DNA of 44,571 bases, counting the filler, from Catajapyx aquilonaris (Eukaryota), in assembly GCA_000934665.2 (NCBI GenBank). It is 2 parts of 2 records of this genome, joined end to end, with 100 filler letters (N's around TTAATTAATTAA, not from the genome) between each part and the next. Parts side by side here need not be neighbours in the genome. Positions count along the whole stretch, not along the records: positions 1 to 21,754 come from JYFJ02005989.1; 1 more part is not named here. The stretch is one strand, 5' to 3'. Shown here piece after piece: positions 1 through 13,560 of the stretch (position 1 is the stretch's first letter; each line of letters starts with the position of its first letter). The translations under genes and the position numbers were made by a program. The notes under the pieces were generated by a model that saw only the letters and a list, made by a program, of their open reading frames with translations, did no database searches and was not told the origin of the DNA.

Positions 1-33
1 ATCAACAGTCTGACGGTGTTGTTGTTGACCGAC

Positions 34-99
34 AATCACTTACCACAGCTATTTAATCAGTTTTAGGTATGGCCGACCACACAAGTCTAAGGCAGGAAT
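34..99 (+). repeat. Dispersed repeat; second copy at 6296-6361
   Basis: AATCACTTACCACAGCTATTTAATC...GTCTAAGGCAGGAAT is nearly identical at both sites (two substitutions seen). Confidence 0.85.
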
Positions 100-219
100 G
101 ACACCTGCGAATCCGTCCGATACACCACAAAATAATAATTCAGGAACACACGGGGCAAGGTCTACGAGCCACTATGGCACTCTATTCGGGACACAAACTA
201 CAACTCATCAGTCCAGAAG

Positions 220-695
220 CAGAGCCGACCCTTGGGGGGGGGGGGGGGGGGGGGGNGGGGGGGGGGCAAAAGGGGCCGCTGCCCCAGGCCCCGCGCTGGG
301 GAAGTCCTGGAGCTTGGGAAGACAACGGGCAACTTACGGAATTGTACAAAACTGAGAAAATCCCGCATATTGTCGTTCTTTCATTGTCCTACTAAAAAAC
401 ATATAAAAAAATTTAAAAAAGGAAATCCTTCCTGCATCGTATGCCAGATTCTTGAAACGAACACATCTGGTGGAAAGGACTCCCCAACCTAAACTATGTT
501 ATCTGATGATAACATTGTACTAGCCTTCGCCTTCGATAAGTTTAGCGAGGCATTTGCTTCTCCCTCGCAGTGGGGTCTTGCGCCATCTAGTAGTGTAATT
601 TGCTGCCAACGTACATGCCAATATGTCAGACAACTCCCCGCGCCATGTAGTATTGTAATAATTGTAAGGTAGGGGCCCACCTAGGGCCGGCCTTG
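220..695. mobile_element. Possible decayed non-autonomous hAT-like element
   Basis: GC-rich ends CAGAGCCGACCCTTGG (220) and CCTAGGGCCGGCCTTG (ending 695) are imperfect inverted repeats (12/16). The left subterminal GGGGCAAAAGGGGCCGCTGCCCCAGGCCCC resembles hAT ends. No TSD seen. Confidence 0.3.
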
Positions 696-813
696 GAGGA
701 CAATAGAACAAGAACTGACACAATCCAAAACGTCAAACGACGACAGCGTCCGGGCAACCAGGGCAAAAGACAACAGCCTATCTATCACAATGTTCACACC
801 TAGTCACGTCTTG

Positions 814-1005
814 CTATGAAACACGGAGACAGCTGCATACCAACTTTACTGTCGGACGCTTTGTTTTCATGTGACGTTTGAGGTTTGTGATATAATTTTC
901 GTAGGTAGCGTCTTTCCTGAAGATGTATCTGCCGTTTGGTAACTTGGAAAAGTGATACCACAAGCAACTTCCTTTTACTTCTCTCCTTTTCTTCCACGAC
1001 GGCAT
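814..1005 (-). mobile_element. Degenerate BED zinc-finger remnant of a hAT-type transposase N-terminus
   Basis: Translation SCLWYHFSK...NYITNLKRHMKTKRP matches the BED pattern S-x-x-W-x-HF ... T-NL-x-RH-(L/M)-x-x-x-H. The CxxC and the last His are lost. Confidence 0.6.
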
Positions 1006-3964
1006 TTGCAGTTTCCAGTCTCATAAGGCGACACGGGTCCCCCAGGGGTGACCACCGCGGCCGACCGCGACCCTATATCATGCAAGATTGAGTAGCGTTG
1101 CATAAGCACTTCATACACACCTAGGAAATTTGTGTGACGATAGATTCTCGTAAGATGGCCACAATATGGGATAGTCCTGAGGTTATCTGTAAGTATTACT
1201 GGACATAATTATCCCGACCTTAAAAGAACAAAGATAGGTGTAAAATACCCATAAGGACGAATCAGAACAGTATGAAAGTAGTTGCGTTGCAACGAGGGCT
1301 TTTATATGATGTTACGGTGAGAAGTGGACGTTATTATCTCGCATGACTGTACGATGCACCAACATTTCAGATTATATTTACTGTATTAGAATAAACATTA
1401 CATCACAGAAATTTCCAATCCTTTCTACTAGAGCATCTCATGTCACAGTGTGGTATAACTTACTTGTACGTGCAAGACTGTCAAAAGCAGTGCCCACAAC
1501 GCAACGCTTTCAACTATATGTTGTGGTGCTGTTATAAGTAGATGATTTTTTTACGAGCGCAACCGAGTGCGCACCCATACTCGTGCAGCAACGTTGTCAC
1601 AGGTACTCCTCAAGAGCCACATTCACGCGGGTAGCATCTAAGGTTCGTTCCAGAGCATTGGCAACGTCGCATAAGTCGGCCATATTGTTACCCCCTCAAT
1701 CGTAGTGTTCGAAACAATTTGGGCTAACTGTGTTATGCGATATACATTTGTCCGATTTCGTCGGACGTTATTAATGTGGACCCTGACCACATCACTTTAG
1801 TTGTACCAAAAATGTTGTCCTTTCGCAGGTCATAATATTTTTTGGATTGTCTTCGTAATTAACTTTATTTTCGGAATGTCGCTGAATTCTTTAGATATTT
1901 TTTAAACTTCCGAAATGATTGGCACTGGCGCGCTAGTTCGGACATTCTCTTTCTTCCATGTTTGAAGCCGTGTGAAGGATGACGATGAACGCAGATGAAG
2001 TAAATGGTGTATCAGAAGTCGGTACCTATTTTTATTTCCGAATAACTTTCCAACGAGTATACACCTACGTAAGTGAAACATTATTCAAAATGTGCGGGAG
2101 TTCATGAGAATTTATCTGGGTGACACCTCAGTGACACCTTGCTACTGTGTCGAGCACAGCTTGACACTCTTTCCGCGGTGACGCTGATAACGGGGTCACG
2201 ATTTATGGCATCATACGCACTCACAACCTAATTTGTTATCGGAGTAAGAATTTTCGGATCGCATGTCTCATGTAAAGCCGATGAAATCTTGTAGTCGTCG
2301 TAGGCTATTATTTTTACACTTTTACTTGTAACTTCCAGTTCATATGATACTGGAAATGCTCTAGAACTAGATTATAATTATGACGACTGACACTCCCGCA
2401 TTATTAAATCAGAAATCCACATAAATGCTCGGGAAGGAATAGCCGATGGATATATCGATGAATCAGTTGGGACTCGCCCCGTCTGGTCTTAGCATTGACC
2501 TTTTTGTCTCACAAAATAATGTTGTCTCTTTTTGATGTTTATCTTCATCATTATAATGTCAGCAGTAAATAATACAGATGAGCAACATGTCGTCGAGTTT
2601 CAAAGATTCTTCCAGTAGCATTACATCTTCCATGATCATGATTCAGATGGACGTGCGATAATATACAAATCTCTTACCGATTGAGTTTTATATATATTTT
2701 CGTCATTTACTGTTTGATGTTTGTTGGTATCGATTCATCGCATCGGCGCTATTGCTGCCACCAGGTACAGGAGGTTAATGCTAATCAGTACTAGAGCAAA
2801 ATATTGAGCACTTTGGAAGTGTGGATGCTGGTTCTTCCCTTATGTGGTTCAGTTGTCATGTCCAATCCCTGTCAGATCCTGCCTTGCCAAATTTGGTTAC
2901 CTAAACTAAACTAAACCAAATTTGGTAAAATTGGGCACTCATAAGTGTGTCACGGATCTGCTGGTAGCATCATGTGGCCAAATGTGAGTTCTCCTATTGA
3001 ACTTTAGCATTGCACGGCACATTCCTCCTGATTCACCTTTCTACTTGACAGCATGACAGTGGCCACATCCCACCAGCATGGAGCCTAAAATTGTTGGCTT
3101 TCATTAATTTCTGGCACAACTAGAGGCTAAAAGTGGACCAATATTGGCCGGTGACAGTACCTTCTTGTGCACTGTGTTGCAACAGTTTCTTTGACATCCC
3201 TTTCCACCTTATACTAGTGTTATAGCCTATATAGCTTATGTTGTTTATTTTTCATTTTCCCACGATTAATAATTGTTCAGCAACCTGTCAGTTACTATAG
3301 GCCTCGTTAACGCAGATTTGGATTTTTTTTTAAATTAAATTGGTCTTGTCGCTCACAGGAACTTTTGTGAAACCTCCAGCGTTTACTTTCACCAGATGAA
3401 ATATTACGAATATATTTATGCATTCAGAGCTGTGAATGCAGTCTACTGAACTACCATATGCGTCAGTGTTCGGTAGCTGGATCGCTCTTTATCAGGTCTG
3501 GCTGTCATTATCGCAATACATCCTGAGATGAGTACGTGAAGGAAGTTATTAATAAGTAGCTACCAACCAAGATAGACGTCATTATACATGTTATTTCTGT
3601 GTTTTGTGCCAGTATTTACAGGATGAAATTTTCATATCTTCCATTCAGAGTAACATATTGGTATTACCCAATATCAGACGCGTCTTACGGAAAATATTGT
3701 TCAAGAATGTCACTATTTTGGGCGCGATTTTGTTACAAGCCCATGCGCCTATCATCTGGAGCACGAGCTTTGTCATTGAGTATTGTATTACACAGTAGTA
3801 TCTCATCTGGCAGGATGTCCTAAGCCAACAGTGGTATAATATGCTCGAAGTATTCCGACTGAAATGACTGAGTATTGGGTGGTGGTAGGAGAGTAATTAA
3901 ATCTACCTTTAATACGTGAAGGGACACACTATTGTTACGATTGTTGCAGAAAACGGGATATTTG

Positions 3965-4367
3965 TGCCAATTGTGTGATGTAACCCAAGAGACATTTGCA
4001 TAATTATAATTAATAATTAGTGCGTACGAAATTGCACTTTCTTGAACTCCGGTCGGTGAATATTGTACGTACTTTGCTTATGAGCTAAGGATGAAGTTTG
4101 GCAAGTCGCAAGGGATTTTTCAGTATAATCTGATGGAAGTAACGGAACATAGGTCGCATGGTCGCTTCTACAGCATCTGTGTCATGTTTCATGAGGTTTG
4201 CGACTCTCATCTGGGACGTACAAGAGGCATCAGGCGGTGTAAATGTCCTGAATCCCTGAATCTTACAATATGAACTGGGGCCACAAACTTTGTTGGATTC
4301 CCACCCTTATTACCACCGTGTTTATATGGATAATGGAAACAACATTTGTGTGTCATAATGAAAGAGT
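3965..4367 (+). repeat. Dispersed repeat of about 400 bp; second copy at about 20543-20940
   Basis: Collinear shared blocks such as GGTGAATATTGTA, AAGGATGAAGT, TATAATCTGATGGAA, CAAGAGGCATCAGGC, CTGAATCTTACAATATGAACTGGGG and AATGAAAGAGT. Confidence 0.85.
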
Positions 4368-5193
4368 TGCAGGAGCACATCTCTCTTTATTCATCTTTTC
4401 ACTTGCGAACATGACAGTGGCCACATCCCACTAGCAGGGAGCATAATGTATAGGCCCAGTTGAGTGGATTTAATTTTTGAGTGTTTCTTTTTATTTACAC
4501 AAAAATGCTTGAAATTGTGAACTCAAATTGTTACAAGGCAGTCTTTCGACAAAATAATATGGTAGTGTGTATGCTATCTTCTAGCGTACGATATAAGTGG
4601 CTTCAAATGATTTACATAATATGCTCCGTATTGTCAGTATTGATTCCATTATGATAGTTGTACTTATTGCAATGACCTGTGACAAAATATGGTGTCGTAA
4701 GGTGATGCTGGTTTTCCTATTGTACTTTCCATTGTGGAATATATTTTTAAGTTACTGATGTACGGCGGTATTACTGTCGCATAAGTAGCTGTAAACAAGA
4801 ATTATTCCACGATGGAATATATTTATATCTTCCGTTTCTTATTATCTCAGTTTATCAAACATAATAATTATCCTCTAGTGTGCAAATGCACCAACATTTT
4901 AATAACTGAACTTGACATACGAATAACAAATGCAGATTTCGCCCGTGATGATGGTCTCTCTTGCCCCTCTATTTTTCTATTTGTGTATAACTCCATTTGT
5001 CCCATGCATGGATCTTTTCGTAACCAGATGACCTCATGTGCACTATCTATATTGATCTACATAGTGAAGTAGTCAGGCGGAAGTCATTCTCTTCTGTGCC
5101 CTCGTCATCGCCCAGGATGATAAAGGTGTATTAGCCCCTTGTATTTATTGTTAATATTCAAGCAATTTGGTGAGGACGTGCACACATGGTTCC

Positions 5194-6301
5194 TTCAGGC
5201 ACTCTCCTCCTGATGTTTCTAGCTCTTGTATTGCGATAATCACGTTCATTGCATAAAATACTGGCTCCATACTAATGATAATTAATTTTGGTGAATGGTA
5301 CATGCATGACGTGAATTTCATTGTAGTGTTGTCCTGATTGCTGGATAAGCGTCATTTCAATAGGGTCTGGTCATTTTGGGATTAGTCAGTCACATGTTAG
5401 TGCCAGTTGAAAGTCTTCCGATCCATACTTATCCATATACTTATTCAGACTTTAAACCACATCTCTGTAAGGCGATGTATGGTGTTGATTACCTCTGACT
5501 TCGTACAGTACGTCTGCCACAAGCACCTAGTGAATCCAGAAGAATAGCCACTCTCCTCCAGAGCTCTTCCGTCGTCAGAGTGAGGGAGAAGCCTCACTAT
5601 ATCGAAGTGGATAGAAATATTTATTTCATTAAATTATATGCAGTTGTTGCGTCGATTTCAAACTTACACCTTTACTCTGATATTCAGTGTCGCTTTTTTA
5701 TTGCATTACCATAGTTATCAACTTATGCAATTGTCTCCATTGGTCCTTGCATTGGTGATTATATAATTATATAATTTCAATAAAAATAACTGAATGATTA
5801 TTACCGGATTTATTTCGGTTTAAAGAGGCCTGAAAGAGTCGCTGCCCATTGGCCCAAGTAATATTTTCCTGGGCAGTCTTAGTTGATCTGCATTCGGTCT
5901 ATTTTCAGGGTGTCTTGTGTTCGCTCATTGAATAAATGTTTCAATTCACATGTAGTACACTCGTGGGGCAGCCCACCATCATTGGTATACTTCAATGTAA
6001 ACCCAGTAATTTTTGCGAAAACTACTGTTTCAGGCACTCACCTCCTGATGTTTCTAACTCTTGTATTGTGACAGTCAGTTCTTTGCATGCTTTATCAATC
6101 TTCAACATGGTCGGCCTGCAGCAACGGCCACTTGGCCGACCAACATTGATGTCTTCACATTTCATTCCACATTTATACACTCATACAAGAAAAACGATTG
6201 GTTAATACACGTGACTTTATTGAGATTTCGTCATTTTGGGATTAGTTGAAAGTCTTCCGATTCGTCATTATATACCTACTCTTATTCTGAATTTAAATCA
6301 C
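5194..6301 (+). repeat. Degenerate local duplication (about 5194-5460 versus 6029-6301)
   Basis: Shared TTCAGGCACTC-CCTCCTGATGTTTCTA-CTCTTGTATTG, GTCATTTTGGGATTAG and AGTTGAAAGTCTTCCGAT blocks in the same order. Confidence 0.7.
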
Positions 6302-6695
6302 TTACCACAGCTATTTAATCCGTTTTAGGTATGGCCGACCACACGAGTCTAAGGCAGGAATATGACATGCTGGTACCTTTGTTGGTGGTGTGCATTTGTT
6401 TAACCACCGAAGGACATACTGTAAATGATGACCCATTTTTGTGAATTGTCAACCAATCGTTATCTGGTCGATGTGATGTCTGGCATCAGTAGTGTCACTG
6501 TCGCTGGGCAAGGAGAATTTGAGGATGATTCTGAGGCTGTATGATCCTCTTAGACTTATTGTTAGAGAGTAACTACTGGGTTTGTGAAGGTTGTCAGATG
6601 TAGTAGCAATGTTGACTGCAAGAACACTGACATTGTCGTTGCATCTATTCATGAATCACTTGTGCCTAAGTAGGCTAAGTGCACTTGTCCCTGCA

Positions 6696-8135
6696 CCAGC
6701 CTCTGCAATAGCCAGGTGCCTTTTTATATCAATGAAGCGAGGTTATTACCATGCAAATGATAACGTTCGATTTTTCGCCAGTCCTAAGCTGAAGATAATT
6801 GACACTTTTTTTCCTAAGCACACACTGGAAATAGTGTAATCATACAATAAGGTTGGCGTAGATAATAATTTGATGCTTCGATTGGGTCGCTATTAGCCAT
6901 AGAAGATGATCATTCATTTGTGCCGATGCCTATGACTCCTCTGTGAGCTGACATTTTCAGGAGTTTTTGACAGTTTTTGTACCTTGCCATGTTGCCATCA
7001 CTTTGGTTTCCATGGCCAGAGGAAGGCCTCCGTCCTTCTGGTAAGCTAAAAAAATCCATTAAAAACTTTTTCTAGGGTGGGATAGTTTTATCCAAAAAAT
7101 GGTTGGCCCTCTCCAACAGCTGCAGAGTACTTATCAATTTGGTCTTCCCTTCAGCCACAGTTTGAAGGCAGTTCTCAAGGACGTGAAATTCCGCAATTGA
7201 AGATTATATTGTTATGTGTCATTAGAATTCCATCGACATTAGCTGATAGCATTTTTGTTTAATTTTAACACATTACTTGAAGCATTGAAACACTATTAAT
7301 ATTATCAAGTAGAACGAAGGTTACTGAATATTTCATGATTCTTAGATACAGTGCACTGTCTTGAGTGTATTTCAGATCCATCTGGCTGTTAAGAGTGCCA
7401 CCTTCTGCAAGGAATTATGGTTCCAAAGTGTGCTTAATGGTGTTAATTTACCAGTTCAATTTGTATGTCTGTGACTTATGTAGGTTGTGTAGGCCAAATG
7501 AATCCAACTCTCAGTGATGCTCGGTGGGGCACATTGGAACATGTCATAATATAAGGTTAAAGTAGTGGCGTCGCATCCAAGGTGGTGAGGACTTCTGGCT
7601 TCCGTTGTACACTTTGACTGGCTTCCGGTGGCTTCCCGATGGCTTACTTATGTCTTGCTGGCTTCCGTTGTACTAAAATTGACGAGTAGTCACCCCCTTG
7701 GTCGCATCGTTCACACCTAAGGGCAACCTCATTGTAATTATGAAAAATGTCAGAAACGTTGGAATACTTTTTACACAGTCATGCGCAGCCTTCTTCCACC
7801 TTCTCATCAGGTGCATGGTTCCCCTTGTAAGAAATGAGAAAGGTATAAATAGTTTTGTGCTTTGCTGATATGTAGGCTACGTCATTGTAACTTTAGTATC
7901 TTGACCTATTCTATTGGTACACTGGCCCTTTCTTTGGCTTAGTATGGCTTTCAGTTGGGAAAATAGTGTTCACAAAGAGGCAAGTTGGCCATGCAGGACC
8001 TCCAAATATCCCACTGTTCTTTGTCATCATGAAAGTACATGTTCCTTATGTGATCTTGTAGCCTCAAACCCACCTGATACTAATAGGGGGGAGCAGAACC
8101 AGTTCTGGCGCTCATCCACCTAACTCACAATCCTG
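6696..8135 (+). repeat. Patchy duplication with 16615-17235
   Basis: 6696-6830 matches 16615-16740 almost exactly. 6943-6998 matches 16890-16957, and 7930-8135 matches 17057-17235. The blocks are collinear and the second copy has internal deletions. Confidence 0.8.
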
Positions 8136-8182
8136 ATAAATGTGCCCTACTCCGCATGTGTCAGTGTCGGTGTCGGTGTCGG

Positions 8183-8304
8183 TGTCGTGGTGGTGGAGTT
8201 GTGTTTCTCCCGTGACCCCAAGAGCTATGCCGGCGGTAGCTTCGTCTACTGGTAGGGCCACCCAAGCCGGACAGGTCTTTGGGGTAGGAGACAGACTAAG
8301 AGAG
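8183..8304 (+). mobile_element. RTE-clade (BovB/Sauria-SINE-like) 5' conserved structured segment
   Basis: Contains TGTCGTGGTG...GAGCTATGCCG...TAGGGCCACCCAAGCCGGACAGGTC...AGACTAAGAG, which I recognise as the conserved 5' motif of RTE LINEs and derived SINEs. Nested stems are visible. Confidence 0.65.
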
Positions 8305-10078
8305 ATGACAGTCTTTCCTCTCTTCTTTTTCCTCTTCGTTTCTCTCTCCATCTGTCCCACCTGTGCATCTTCTATAGCCAGATAGCCACAGTTGCTTTGG
8401 CTTCTTCTCAATAAACCAAACCAGCAATGTGTCATGACTGTTAATTTGAATAACCCTTGCCTGAAATGAAACACAATGTATTTATTTTCAGCCAGAGCTA
8501 GGCAAGCCAGTCAGTGGGTTTTAGTCTCCGAGAAGTCCTACATCTTCAACCTCTGCCGACTGACACTACACCCACTACACTGGACCAGTTCCAACTCTTC
8601 TAGCTAAACATGCAGTCTTCTGACTGACTCGGCACGAGTCACCTTGAATTACCTCGGCAGACCTCGGTTTGTGTACAGTATCGTGAGCTACGCGTGTTCC
8701 CAAACGACCATCACTAAGGTGTCATACCTAACAACGGGAGCACGGGTACCCGACGATACCATTTGAAGTTCGTGGGTTGATGACCCTTGATGTGAATATT
8801 GTGTTCTTCGCTGGACAGGTCTAGAGGTCCACAGATGTCATTGGTAGTGTTGAAGTACCAAGGAGTCCTCTTGTGGAACTCTTTCCGCTCTTCAACCATA
8901 TGTTGTGGAACTTTCCTAGACCAGTCCACTGTGACAGGGGCTGGCTCATGGAACTCCATTTGTTCAACCATGTTGTCGCAGGAAAAGAACTCCCCCATAT
9001 TTCCAAAGAATCTCTTCTTCTGAGCCCCTGACATCTTTGGCGGTGTTAACTGCTCGCAATAATAAGAATTCTGCGAAGACTGAGGCTTCTTTTTGGGAAA
9101 CGTTGATGAGGACAGGTGGCGTATAGGATCATCAATTATTGCGTCATTGCAGTAACCACGTTCAGTGCTGTTTTCCTTTGGTAGTCCTGACTCTTTCGGC
9201 CCTGCAGGAACTGAGAATGAAACGTTAATGTTGTGGCAATTAGGTCGGCATTATGTGTGGATTTCAGATTGAATGTACCGGTATTGCAAGTCCATCAAAT
9301 GTCCAATGAAAATTGTTTGGTAACAAGCATGGTGGCTGTTTGGAGGACTACGTATTGTAAAGTTGCAGCTAGTTTCTTCGCTCGTGTTGATGATACCCCG
9401 GTTTTAACCTTATGCCAATTTTGCTTATAGTCTCACCGTCCCGTGTGTTCCACTTTCTTCTTGATATTGGTCTTCGGCGACAATGGGAAAGAGCCAAATG
9501 TTAAAAAAAAATCTCTTTGACACTGCCCAATATAGTCTTAGCCAATTTCATCCCACGCCCTACAGTTTGATATGGTGCGCATGCACCGAAATTCCGTCTC
9601 GTATATAGCCATTGATAAAATTGCCAGCATGTTGGAGACATTGTCATATCCTACCACGATTACTTTTGAATCTCGGGCTCATTCATGTGTCAGTGATCTG
9701 GGTTATTCTTTTCGGATATATGGCGTCCCGAGGTCTAGTTAAATTCCTCTTGAGCACTGGTAGGAATGATCTAGAGCTCGTCTTGCCATCTCATTCCTTT
9801 CGTATATTTTGGGGCGGTTTAATCACAGGCCGATCCTCTCTTGATATTATGTTGCTGGGGTCCTGTGGACATCAGCATGTGCTTTTCTTGGTAACAATAC
9901 ACATTGGCATCTCATACAATATACAAATGCTGGAAGCTTAGTGGTTTAATTACTCCTCCTAGGCTTATTATTTTGTACCACGGGAGCGTATGTCAGGTAG
10001 TCCTTACTTTTTCCAAAAGAGGAACTGGACTTCTCGCTGACACAACCTACGTAAACGTGTGATTCATCTGACATGTGG

Positions 10079-10143
10079 GCATATTCTGACTTTGCACTTC
10101 CCAAGTGGGGTAATATTCTGCAATTGAATGATGGAGCGTTGAG
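10079..10143 (+). repeat. Short dispersed repeat; second copy at 15328-15386
   Basis: GCATATT-TGACT-TGCACTTCCCAAGTGG...CTGCAATTGA...GAGCGTTGAG is present at both sites. Confidence 0.7.
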
Positions 10144-10437
10144 TTATCATAACTGATCTCATTAGCTAATGCTAAAGTCGGCCAAAGTTACTTTTCCTAC
10201 TAGGGTCTCTCATAGCTGCTCTAACTACTTCAAGTACTCCTCCGGCATAGTGTGCCGTTGGTGAATGGAGTACCAGGTATCTGGTGTTGGGGCTATGTGT
10301 CGTCTTTTTGTTGTCTATGCATACGTATGTCTGGGAGCATGTTCTTAGTGAATGAGATAGGAGTTCTCACTGTCTAATCAGTCACGGTCTAATGGTGTGG
10401 TTCGTACAGCTTCCACCATTCGGAATATCTTCCATCA

Positions 10438-10707
10438 TCAAGTGTCGTCAGTGATGTCCTCCAGGGCGATGGAGATGGCCTGGAGCTCAGCGGTATAAAC
10501 AGTAGATGCAGCGGGGAGGGACTCACAGTCAGACTGAGCCTTTCCGCAGCATACGAACGAGCGCCCAACGTGTTCCGCCGACTTGGAGCCGTCGTTGTAC
10601 CCGTATCTGTCAAATGCACTCCCACGCCTTTCTTCATGGATTGATATTATGTGAATTATGCTTCCTGAATATTTTTGCATGTTCCGGATGTAATCGTGCT
10701 GCCTCAT
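10438..10707 (-). mobile_element. Non-LTR retrotransposon RNase H domain remnant
   Basis: YNDGSKSAEHVGRSFVC...LPAASTVYTAELQAISIALE matches the Y-T-DGSK...VG...LP...SVYTAEL-x-AI-x-x-AL motif of LINE-borne RNase HI (I-clade-like). It is truncated. Confidence 0.8.
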
Positions 10708-13480
10708 ACCTACCTGATCATATAAGGGCTAAGAGGCAATATGTTACCTTTCACAGATACTTCAGAATACTGTCATGTGTTATTCTCACCATGACACTGA
10801 CTTGCATCTTGAGCAGCCAGAGAGGTCGTAATAAGGTTGATTCCTTTCCGCCCCTCCTGGTTGCTGTTTTCTTCAGAACTGTTGTTTCCTCGTGCCCAGA
10901 ACGATTCATTTGTATGTATCTGTAAGCACAATAATTACGAAGACACTATGGTAGTCGACTGATATTTTCATGTCATGCTTTTATTTGTCCCGTAGCTAGA
11001 AACGCCCTTGGAAATGTCTGAAAGTGAGCCCTCCTATACCGTGGTCATCTCGTGGTTCTCCTGATTTTTTTTTTCTTCTCCTCGGGCTTTTTTCGGGAGA
11101 GAATTAAGTAGGCTACTATTGTTACAACATGAAATCACTTTCTGTGACCTGTAATAACTTCTTGGGGTGTCTCCATGAAGAGAGGTTGGGCCTACCTTGC
11201 ATCCATGTGCTGGCATATTTTTTTTTGTTTGAAGGTGTAGGCCTGGTTAGTGTATTGGGCAGTAAATAGAGGGTTGATTTTTTTCATAAAAAGAAAGGTG
11301 AGCCAAAAAGTTTTATATGAATATTCGTGTTAACCTTTGTATGAAAATGGACGTTGAAACTTTGATTTAGATTACAAGGGAATTGCTGTGATAATAATTC
11401 CTGGTTTTATGAGTATCAAGATAATGCACTTGCGGTGCCCATTTGTGCAGTAGGTAGTAAACTGGGGATCTAAAAGAGTTCAACTCTGACATCATTAAAG
11501 GGTGTTAAACAAGGTCACAACATGTTGGTTGTAACATGATTACGTTCACAGCTAAATTTCAAATCATATATTTTAGACTTCAGTATTCGTCATTTTGTCG
11601 CAAGGACATTGAGTTCTGAACACTTGACTAGTTGGTTTAATTACAGTAGTGTGTCGTTTTAAGTCCGAAGCGGAGAGCGTGACAGGTGGTGTCATTAATC
11701 AATATGTATTCAGTTAGATAACATTATTCGCTTAATATCAGAGTTATTTGTGCCTCTCTTTACATGATGACATTTGGATATCGTTCAATGAGAGAGAATT
11801 TTTATATTACCCAATTTCAACAATATCTTCCATAACGTCTCTGAATTATCCTACGATTCTTTTTTTTGCCCTTGAGACCAGTGGAAATGTGGTTTCATTC
11901 TGAGTCGGAACTTGATAGACTGTGCTCAATTCCATTCCATTTCATATTCATATTCGACATTACTAGATATACGGTAAGCTTATTTGAAATGTTATATTTC
12001 ACATGTCGTTTTTATTAATCCTTCTGCTATGGCGCATTTGTTTAGAATCTGGTCACGGTCAGTAGCAGGATGCAAATGAAATACTCTAAACGTATTGGGT
12101 AGCCTTCACATGGTTCGTACGGATTTTAGTTCCTGGTCAGCGACATTAACTTTGACATGTTGCACAGTCATTTGGTACGACCTTGTGGAACTTCCAGTGA
12201 CAGTTGAAGTGAATCTTTGAGATACATTTCAATCAAAATGTGTGGGACGGCTAACAGTGTTCTGCTTTTCTATATTCCAATAATATTGTCTCACAACTAT
12301 CAAAAAACTCGTCGTGGTCAACCCATTATCGTGATCATGAGTATATCGAAAATGTTGCTCAACACTGATGTTTTAGCATTTCGTAATGCTAATATGCGAA
12401 TGTTGTTGTGGGGATCCAACAAACATTATTATTGCTCCATGTTGAACAATTGTTCTTTTTAGAAGTGTAACAATAAAGGCTTTAAGCCAAACACAGGCTC
12501 TCAATGATACGCTGGTTGTCAGTGCAGTAAACGAAGCCTGATGTTGAGGGCTGAGGTTGGAATCCCCTAGTGTCGAGGCTGGCCTTAATATAGAACATGT
12601 GTCGGCCGAGTTCTAAATATTGGTCATCTTTTATACCTTCAGTCGACGATGGGAAAGTTGTTTGATTTGTCGGTTTCTTTTTGATTACAGCATACTCACC
12701 ACGGAGGGTGTCATCGTTCAATGGCTGACACCAGGAACATCTGCATAAGGACCAAAAAGGCCCCTTGAGCCCTGCACAAGTACAGGAAAGTACAGATTAA
12801 GTTAGTGTATATATTTCTGTCTTCCAATTAATAATTTAGCGTGTTCTCACTCAAACAGGCAAATGATATTGGTTTATGATCTAGAAAATATTTGTGATTG
12901 GTTGATGCCTGTAAGGAGCTATAACAGCCATGCATTAAAGTGTCTATAGTTGGCAGCGGTAGACTCAGTCCCGTATACCACACCGGGAGAGATTCAGGGA
13001 CTAAGTCACGATAAAAGGTATAGCGAGTTGAGTGGGCTAACGCCAGACGACTATCGCTTAACACGTGATCTCCATATGTCTGGAGAACTGGGCCGAGTGA
13101 GACTTAGCAGTAGTTCTTCGTTGCCACAGGTGTCACTGTACTTTCGTCGCGATTAACTCGGAAATCCTAGTGCTCTTCAGTTGCTGCGAGGATTACTTGT
13201 ACATCTGATGCAGCCTATAGTGCAATGGTGTCACTTTCATTGCGTCGCCCGTAACGTCCTTCTATCCAGGATGTTATGCAGAAAAATGAAAATTTATTAA
13301 GTCCAGCGTACATACTGTATCTCTTAGGAACATTCCTGTGGCCATAATTCGCCAATTTCAATAAAACAATATTGATGCATTTTTAAAATGATTTTTGTAC
13401 ATTTCTCTGTTGGTAATCATTTATTCGCTGACATTCCCTAGGTGTGTGTAAGAAAATAATGAACAGAAACGTTGTCATCT

Positions 13481-13560
13481 GTCTAGATCAGTGGTTCTCA
13501 AACATTTTGTCCCGTGGGGCCCCTTTTTATATATAAAAAAAATTTGACAGCGGAGCCTTT
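13481..13560 (+). mobile_element. Orphan terminus of a hAT Charlie/Buster-type DNA transposon
   Basis: CAGTGGTTCTCAAAC terminus at 13489-13503 is directly preceded by GTCTAGAT, which fits the NTCTAGAN target-site consensus. I did not find the partner TIR. Confidence 0.55.

Noticed and set aside
98..492. Gly-rich ORFs in three frames
   Set aside because: They arise from the poly-G run with an N at about 234-266, which is low-complexity and probably an assembly artefact.
2884..2930. CCAAATTTGG palindromes flanking (CTAAA)n, and CTAAC repeats near 30812
   Set aside because: Too short to call telomeric repeat or a defined element.
7596..7673. Short direct repeats CTGGCTTCCGTTGTAC
   Set aside because: Only 2 full and a few partial copies, consistent with local slippage or TE subterminal debris; no interpretable system.
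8714..9034. 106-aa minus-strand ORF
   Set aside because: No recognisable domain; the upstream minus-strand frame I translated has multiple stops, and I found no supporting exon chain. At most a decayed element.
12482..12721. 79-aa minus-strand ORF with an upstream acceptor-like tract
   Set aside because: No family motif recognised and no partner exons found.
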